Source: Octopus vulgaris
Taxonomy: Eukaryota
Length of the DNA: 64,000 bases
Assembly: GCA_951406725.2 (NCBI GenBank)
Contig: OX597825.1
Span: forward strand, 16,182,001-16,246,000
Reading direction: 5' to 3'
A program made the translations under genes and the position numbers. Below are positions 57,196 through 64,000 of the stretch, in pieces (the first letter of the stretch is position 1; every line of letters begins with the position of its first letter). The notes below the pieces were generated by a model. The model was not told the origin of the DNA. It ran no database searches and saw only the letters and a program-made list of their open reading frames with translations.

Positions 57196-57587
57196 GGTTG
57201 TGAAATAGGACAGACAAACGGATTAAGTGGTAGTGAAATAGGACAGACAAACGGATTAAGTGGTAGTGAAATAGGACAGACAAACGGATTAAGTGGTAGT
57301 GAAATAGGACAGACAAACAGATTAAGTGGTAGTGAAATAGGACAGACAAACGGATTAAGTGGTAGTGAAATAGGACAGACAAACGGATTAAGTGATAGTG
57401 AAATAGGACAGACGGATTAAGTGGTAGTGAAATAGGACAGACAAACAGATTAAGTGGTAGTGAAATAGGACAGACAAACGGATTAAGTGGTAGTGAAATA
57501 GGACAGACAAACGGATTAAGTGGTAGTGAAATAGGACAGACAAACGGATTAAGTGGTAGTGAAATAGGACAGACAAACGGATTAAGT
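57196..57587. repeat. 33-bp minisatellite, about 12 units (GGTAGTGAAATAGGACAGACAAACGGATTAAGT)
   Basis: Near-perfect tandem copies running directly into a minus-strand family B SINE. Confidence 0.95.
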
Positions 57588-58344
57588 CGATTACATCGAC
57601 CCTAGGGCGTAACTGGTACTTAATTTATCGACCCCGAAAGGATGAAAGGCAAAGTCGACCTCGGCGGAATTTGAACTCAGAACGTAGCGGCAAACGAAAA
57701 ACAGCTACGCATTTCACCCGGTGTGCTAATGATTCTGCCAGCTCGCCGCCTTATTCTCTGCTGCATATGTAATGTTAGTGTGTATGAATAGTAAGGCACA
57801 AATAAGCTGAGAGCAAAAAGTGAATGTGAGGCATTAGATGTTGTGTGAAAGAGGGAAGACGGCAATGTTATGAGCATATGATATGTATGGGGGAGCTGAC
57901 AGGTAAAGAAGTGTTGAGCTATCTAAATGGAAGGATCCTGTAGAAGAAAAGTATGAAGGATTTAGGAAGAAATTGTGAAAATGCCATGAAGGAGATGACA
58001 AAATATTGCTCCAAGTGGTGAGATGCTGTGCTGGAAAAGACCTGTCTACAGTGAAAAAGGACAAAATAATGACATTGGTGACGATTATCCAGAGTATTTT
58101 CTCTTAGATCTGAATGCTAAGCTAAAGGGAAATAACCAATCGAAATTTTCAGTTATTCTTCTTTTCTCTATAATATTGTCGACCATTCTACTGAGACAAC
58201 ATTGGGTAGGAATAAATTAGGATTAGACAAATCAATGAAGCTGAAGTAAAGATTGTTGTTTAATTGGCTGGTGTGTAATTAAAGGATTTTCATTTTTAGA
58301 ATTCATCTGTATTTTTTCTTGTTATGTATAACTGATACATTAAG

Positions 58345-58610
58345 CATTTCACCATATACATCTAGCACAGTATTATATATATACCTGACACATTATTATA
58401 CATGCCTGGTATATTGTTATATATATACCTAGCACTTTGTTATATATATCTGACATTGTTATATTTATCTAACACCTTGTTTTGTATACCTGGCATATTG
58501 TTTTATATACCTGACATTGTTATACTTACCTGACATTGTTAATTATTCCTAGCACCTTGTTTTATATACCTGACATATTGTTTTATATATATATATATAT
58601 ATATATACCT
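58345..58610. repeat. Degenerate ~20-bp tandem repeat (TATATACCTGACATTGT-like)
   Basis: About 12 diverged units. Confidence 0.7.
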
Positions 58611-59289
58611 CAGGATGTACACTGCAGTACTACGGTACTCTTATAGTACATCTGCATTAAGTAGGATACAGAGACCACCATAGTGGTATGTGTATGAGTG
58701 GAAGAGGCCACCTGGAAGGCTTCCAAAGTGGTGGGTTGATGAAATTCAACAAGCATTTGGAGTTATGTGGATGACCGCTGTAGTACACATGCTGCGTACA
58801 TTCCTACAACAACGTTTCCTTTACGTGCTATAAAGGCAGAAGTAATTCTGCCTTCAACTCAGTCGCACACCTGTGTTTCACTTAATTTTTTTGTGTGTTT
58901 TACTACATAATTGTCACCAACTGCCTACTCTGAGTAATTACTCACAGCACGTGCCTAGTTGAAGTCACGAGTTCTCATCTCCCAGTGATTTGTGGCTGAA
59001 ATCCAGTGAAGATAAGTCTTCTCTGAAGATTATAAATGTCACGCAAAGCAACATAGTCCCGAGAGTGTCCTTCATTCTTGAGATGTCACCTTCAACATGG
59101 CTGTCTTTGCTATCGAGGATAAAGCCTGGACTGTCAGTGGAGGTATACTGTGTAAACGTGGCTTGCCTAAGAATACCTGATCTCAAGGGAACCAATCTCC
59201 GAGGTGCTATGTAAGCTCTGTTATAAGTGCTGGTTCTCTATCTTAATTCTTAATTTATGACTGAAAGTGTACCTGAGCTTGTGAACCAT

Positions 59290-59516
59290 TTAACCCTTTC
59301 GTTACCAACCCGGCTGAAACCGGCTCTGGCTCTGAGTACAAATGTCCTGTTTTCATAAGTTTTGAATTGAAATCTTCCGCCAAACCTTAGTCACAATTTT
59401 TGTTCCTAACACTAGCTTAATGATAATGAACTTATTTCATTAAATTCTTTGTTATATTTAAAGTAATTGAAAGAAACACAGAGCATCTCAAAAGAAATAC
59501 AGTAAGGAAAGGGTTA
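59290..59516. mobile_element. Intact TTAA MITE
   Basis: TTAACCCTTTCGTTAC ... GTAAGGAAAGGGTTAA. Confidence 0.8.
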
Positions 59517-60701
59517 AAGACAAAATAAAAAAGGGACTTTGATGTATCTGTTGATCGCATTTGGAACACAAATCCCAAATATTTTTTCTTGATGCTCTGT
59601 CAGAACAAGAATAAACTATTGCAATAAACCTTTTTGCTGGAAGAAGGAAAGCAGTAGGAGGAACATTGCTGTGGTAGTCATATTCTTAGATATTGCTGCC
59701 TCTCTACAACCTAGTGGGGGGACTCATCAGCTCACCATAGAAGAAGTACCAGACTTCTAAAATAGGGGTTAATATGTTTGATTCAACCCTTCAGGGCAGT
59801 GTTTTGGTATGGCTGCATTCCAATTTTACTGAAACAAGTAAAAGAGGAAAGATTTAAATTATAAAGAAATTCTTGTGTATATGTGTATTCTTTTATATGT
59901 TTTTACTTGTTTCAGTCATTTGACAGTGGCCATGCTGGAGCACTGCCTTTAGTCAAATAAATTGACCCCAGGATTTATTCTTTGTAAGCCCTAGTACTTA
60001 TTCTATTGGTTCTCTTTTGCTGAACCGCTAAGTTATGAGGACATAAACACACTAGCATTGGTTGTCAAGCGATGATGGACACACACACACACCTACACCC
60101 ACACATACCCACACATACATGATGGGCTTCTTTCAATTTCCATCTACCTAATCCACTCACAAGGCTTTGGTTTGCCCAAAGCTACGGTAGAAGACAATCT
60201 CCCAAGGTGCCCCGTAGTGGGACTGAACCCAGAACCGTGTGGTTAGGAGGCAAGCTACTTACCACAGTCACTCATATATATTCTATCTTTTACTTGTTTC
60301 AGTCTTTAGACTGTGATCATTCTGGAGCACTACTTTCAAGAATTTTTAGTCAAATGAATCGACCCCAGTAATTTTTTCTTTTCTTTTTTAAGCCTGGTAT
60401 TTATGCTATCAGTCTCCCTTTGCTGAACTGCTAAGTCACTAACACCAGTTGTCAAGCAGTGGTGGAAGACAAACAAGACACAAAGGCCCTCCCCCACTCA
60501 TATATATATAGTTTTCATCTTTCAAATTCACTCTCAAGGCTTCGGTTGGCCTGAAGCCATAGTAGAAAACACTTGCCCAAGGAGCCATGCAGTGGGACTG
60601 AACCCAGAACCATGTGGTTGAGAATACCACACAACCATATATATATATATATATACATAAATAAATGAAAAGAATGGAGTCGAACGAAGATTTTAACAAA
60701 T

Positions 60702-60798
60702 TCCTTTACTTTCGACACATGTTTCGAAGACTGCATATTCTTAATTCCGAAGGAATAAAGTGTGCATTATGCTGTCTGCTCTTCAGGAAAGACAAGGA
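60702..60798 (-). ncRNA. Type I hammerhead ribozyme, inverted twin of the 60952..61048 copy
   Basis: Reverse complement has the same core (CTGAAGA at 60786..60780) and the same GUC site at 60714. One stem II mismatch (GCAGAC vs GAAGAC). Confidence 0.75.
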
Positions 60799-60951
60799 GC
60801 GTCTATCAGTCTCACGACAAACAAAAGCTTTTCGACCAATTTGACGTCATTGCTAATAACGGATAATTTTTAAAAAAACACTCATTATCACTGTGGACAC
60901 AATGTAGGCAGTCATCGAAAAGTTTTTGTTTGTCGTGAGACTGATAGACAC

Positions 60952-61048
60952 TCCTTGTCTTTCCTGAAGAGAAGACAGCATAATGCACACTTTATTCCTT
61001 CGGAATTAAGAATATGCAGTCTTCGAAACATGTGTCGAAAGTAAAGGA
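60952..61048 (+). ncRNA. Type I hammerhead ribozyme (Penelope-type short palindromic stem III)
   Basis: CTTTC-[CTGAAGA 60964..60970]-GAAGAC...GTCTTC-[GAAA 61025..61028]-C-ATGT-G-TC-GAAAG. Stem I CTTTC/GAAAG extended by TCCTT/AAGGA, stem II closed by a cUUCGg loop, predicted cleavage after GUC at 61036. Confidence 0.8.
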
Positions 61049-61941
61049 ATTTTGTTAAAATCTTCATTCGACTCCATTCTTTTCATTTATTCATATAAAA
61101 AAAACACACAAATTTCCACACAGGAACACGGGGTTTTGCCCTTGGCATGTAGCTTCAACCGTGTTTTCTGACGTGAATTTGCTACCCAGGTATCGATTAA
61201 CCGAATTATCCATTCTAGGATAATTCATTTACCTTCTTAAATATATTTATATATATATATATATGCTTATGCCTATATACAATCATGATTTTTGATGAAC
61301 TTATAAATAATTATGAATTTATTTTACTACCTATTTTGAACACTTTTATGTAACACAAAGCCCCTCTTAACATTTTCTTATCATTGTCAAAGACTCTATC
61401 ACTGTATTTTAATACATCTGTGTTAACCATTTTTTAACATCACAAAGGCTACACAAAGCCTTGAATTTTACATTTGAAAATCTGTTTTTTAAAAAACAGT
61501 TTTTCAGTCCCTACTCTTTTACTTGTTTCAGTCATTTGACTGCGGCCATGCTGGAGCACTGCCTTTAGTCGAGCAAATCGACCCCAGGATTTATTCTTTG
61601 TTAGCCCAGTACTCTTTGTATCGGTCTCTTTTGCTGAACTGCTAAGTTACGGGGACGTAAACTCACCAGCATTGGTTGTCAAGCGATGTTGGGGGAACAA
61701 ACACACACACACACACACATCTTTTCTCTTTTACTTGTTTCAGTCATTTAAATGTGGCCATGCTGGAGCACCGCCTTTAGTTGAGCAAATCGCCCCCAGG
61801 ACTTATTCTTTGCAAGCCTAGTACTTATTCTATTGGCCTCTTTTGCCGAACTGCTAAGTTACAGGAATGTAAACATACCAGCATCAGTTGTCAGGCGATG
61901 TCGGGGGGGGGGGTCTCAGACACACAAATATATACACACAC

Positions 61942-61983
<42 letters not shown>

Positions 61984-63803
61984 GTATATGATGGCTTCTT
62001 TCAGTTTCCATCTTCCAAATCCACTCACAAGGCTTTGGTTGACCCAAGGCTATAGTAGAAGACTCTTGCCCAAGGTGCTATGCAGTGGGACTGAACCCGG
62101 AACTATGTGGTTGGTAAGTAAGCTACTTACCACACATTTGACCGTAATGTGAATGCCAAAGGATTAAATTCAAATCACTTTGAAACATGGAAATTGTCAC
62201 AGATCCAGTCCAATCTAAAGTGGGTTGCTATGGAAAGAGTTAAAATTCATAACCAGCCAGTTGTCTTTATATCCTCCATTCATAACAGTCAATCATATTA
62301 ATGATGATAATGATGATAATGATGATAATGGTGATAATCTCATCAGTCATACCCTAACCATCTGCAAAACCTGTTTCCATAGTGAGACCACGTTCAGCTG
62401 TGAAGATCACAGGATGAACGAAGGGAAACAAATTCGCCCTCATCCTGTGGTGTTCTGTACAGAAAAGGCAATGCAGAGAGAACTGAATTGATTCTCTATG
62501 ATGTGTACCAGCGCAGCTTCTCCAATGGCAACAAGCAAATTACACACACACACATGTAAGACAAATCTGTTATTTATGTATTCACATTTGTCATGTCGAG
62601 AAGCAGATACATATTTCATATGTTCCTTGCTGTCTCTCATCTAATCTCGGATGATTTATTTACAATTACATCACTGATGTAGTCAAAACAATACGTGTGT
62701 GTGTTTCGCTTCTGTAGATACACACAGATCTGTGCATATGTCTGTGTGTGTGTGTGTGTGTGAGATTGGTAATTTTTTTTTTTATGTGTTTCAGTCATTG
62801 GGCAGTGGCCATGCTGGAGTGCCACCTCGGAGGGGATTTGGTTGATCATATCGACCGCTGTGCTTATATTGTTAAGCCTGGAAATATCTTATCGATCTCC
62901 CTCTTTAGCCACTAAGTTACAGGACGTAAACAAAGAACGCCATCGTTCAATTGGTGTAAACATAAAAACACATGAATCACATGCATACACACACACACAC
63001 ACACATACATCCATGCATATCCACTCACACATAAGTTTTGTTGTGTATGTACATATGTGTGTGTGTGTATATATATATATGTATATATATATGAAAATAT
63101 TAAAGTATATTCTTGTGTGTATATATATGTGCGTGTGTATATATATACATGTGTATAAATGTATGTATATATGTGTGTATATGTGTATATATATACACGT
63201 ATAAATGTATGTATATATGTATATATGTGTGTGTATGTCTCCATATACACTTATGTACATATATACTTATGTAAGTAAATGCATGTATATATGTGTGTAT
63301 GTATATATATATTTATATATATAGGGATGTTTGTGAATTTTTTGGTTAATAAATAATTATTAATTACTTTTCTCTCGGACCGGGCTGTGTGTTGTGTTCT
63401 TGAGCAAGACACTTTATTTCACGTTGCGATGTCACAGGTGCCAAGCTGTATCGGCCCCTTTGCCTTTCCCTTGGATTACATCAGTGGCATGGAGAGGGGA
63501 GGCTGGTATGCATGGGCGACTGCTGGTCTTCCATAAACAACCTTGCCCAGACTTGTGCCTGGGAGGGTAAATTTCTAGGTACAATCCCATGGTCAGTCAC
63601 GACCGAAGTGGGATCTCAATTACATTTCTATTCTCTCATAATAGATAAAATATATATAAACCACGGTTTATATAGTTACCTTGCAGTTGAGTATTAAATA
63701 TGATGTTCAATACTCTTTGTTTAGGTAATTAACCAGTACTTTCATAGGATCTTGCTATCCCTGAATGAGGTTTGTAACCTTTAATTGTACTTATATATCT
63801 ATG

Positions 63804-63854
<51 letters not shown>

Positions 63855-64000
63855 ATGTATATATACCTCAGTGAAGAACCACACAACACACTCAAGGCCT
63901 ATCTACTCGAATGGAAATCTCTACCTTTACATAAAACAGAATTGGTCCTACAAAACAAATACCTGTGGATCAACTTTGAGCAAACTGAAACAAAGAACAC

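Larger units (their letters stand above)
60657..61245. mobile_element. Penelope-like fold-back element (inverted pLTR-like arms plus 3' tail) between (TA)n tracts
   Basis: About 180-bp inverted arms (60657..60835 and 60915..61093), an 80-nt spacer, a 150-nt one-sided tail and hammerhead motifs. Confidence 0.7.

Noticed and set aside
56639-64000. Remaining VAMP4 exons (juxtamembrane WW motif and transmembrane helix)
   Set aside because: No convincing phase-1 exon encoding them was found by eye; they are probably downstream of the window.

Overview
Eukaryotic, AT-rich, microsatellite- and SINE-saturated DNA. The repeat landscape points to an octopod cephalopod (Octopus sp.); this is inferred, not searched. 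Two spliced protein-coding genes lie head-to-head about 6.4 kb apart. RBM42 is on the minus strand and complete: 5 coding exons, join(26999..26947,22868..22645,19486..18737,16186..15992,13839..13727), 444 aa. VAMP4 is on the plus strand, with its first 4 coding exons at 33365..33430, 51334..51383, 54401..54445 and 56538..56638; the rest probably lies beyond the window. Nearly all ORFs in the supplied track are microsatellite or SINE artefacts. The remainder is several tRNA/RTE-type SINE families, TTAA (piggyBac-type) MITEs, non-autonomous Helitrons, decayed mariner, maT/Tc1, RTE and Tx1-like fragments, and minisatellites. The most striking unexplained structure is a set of asymmetric fold-back (Penelope-like) elements. 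One of them, in a VAMP4 intron (60657..61245), carries two mirror-image type-I hammerhead ribozymes.
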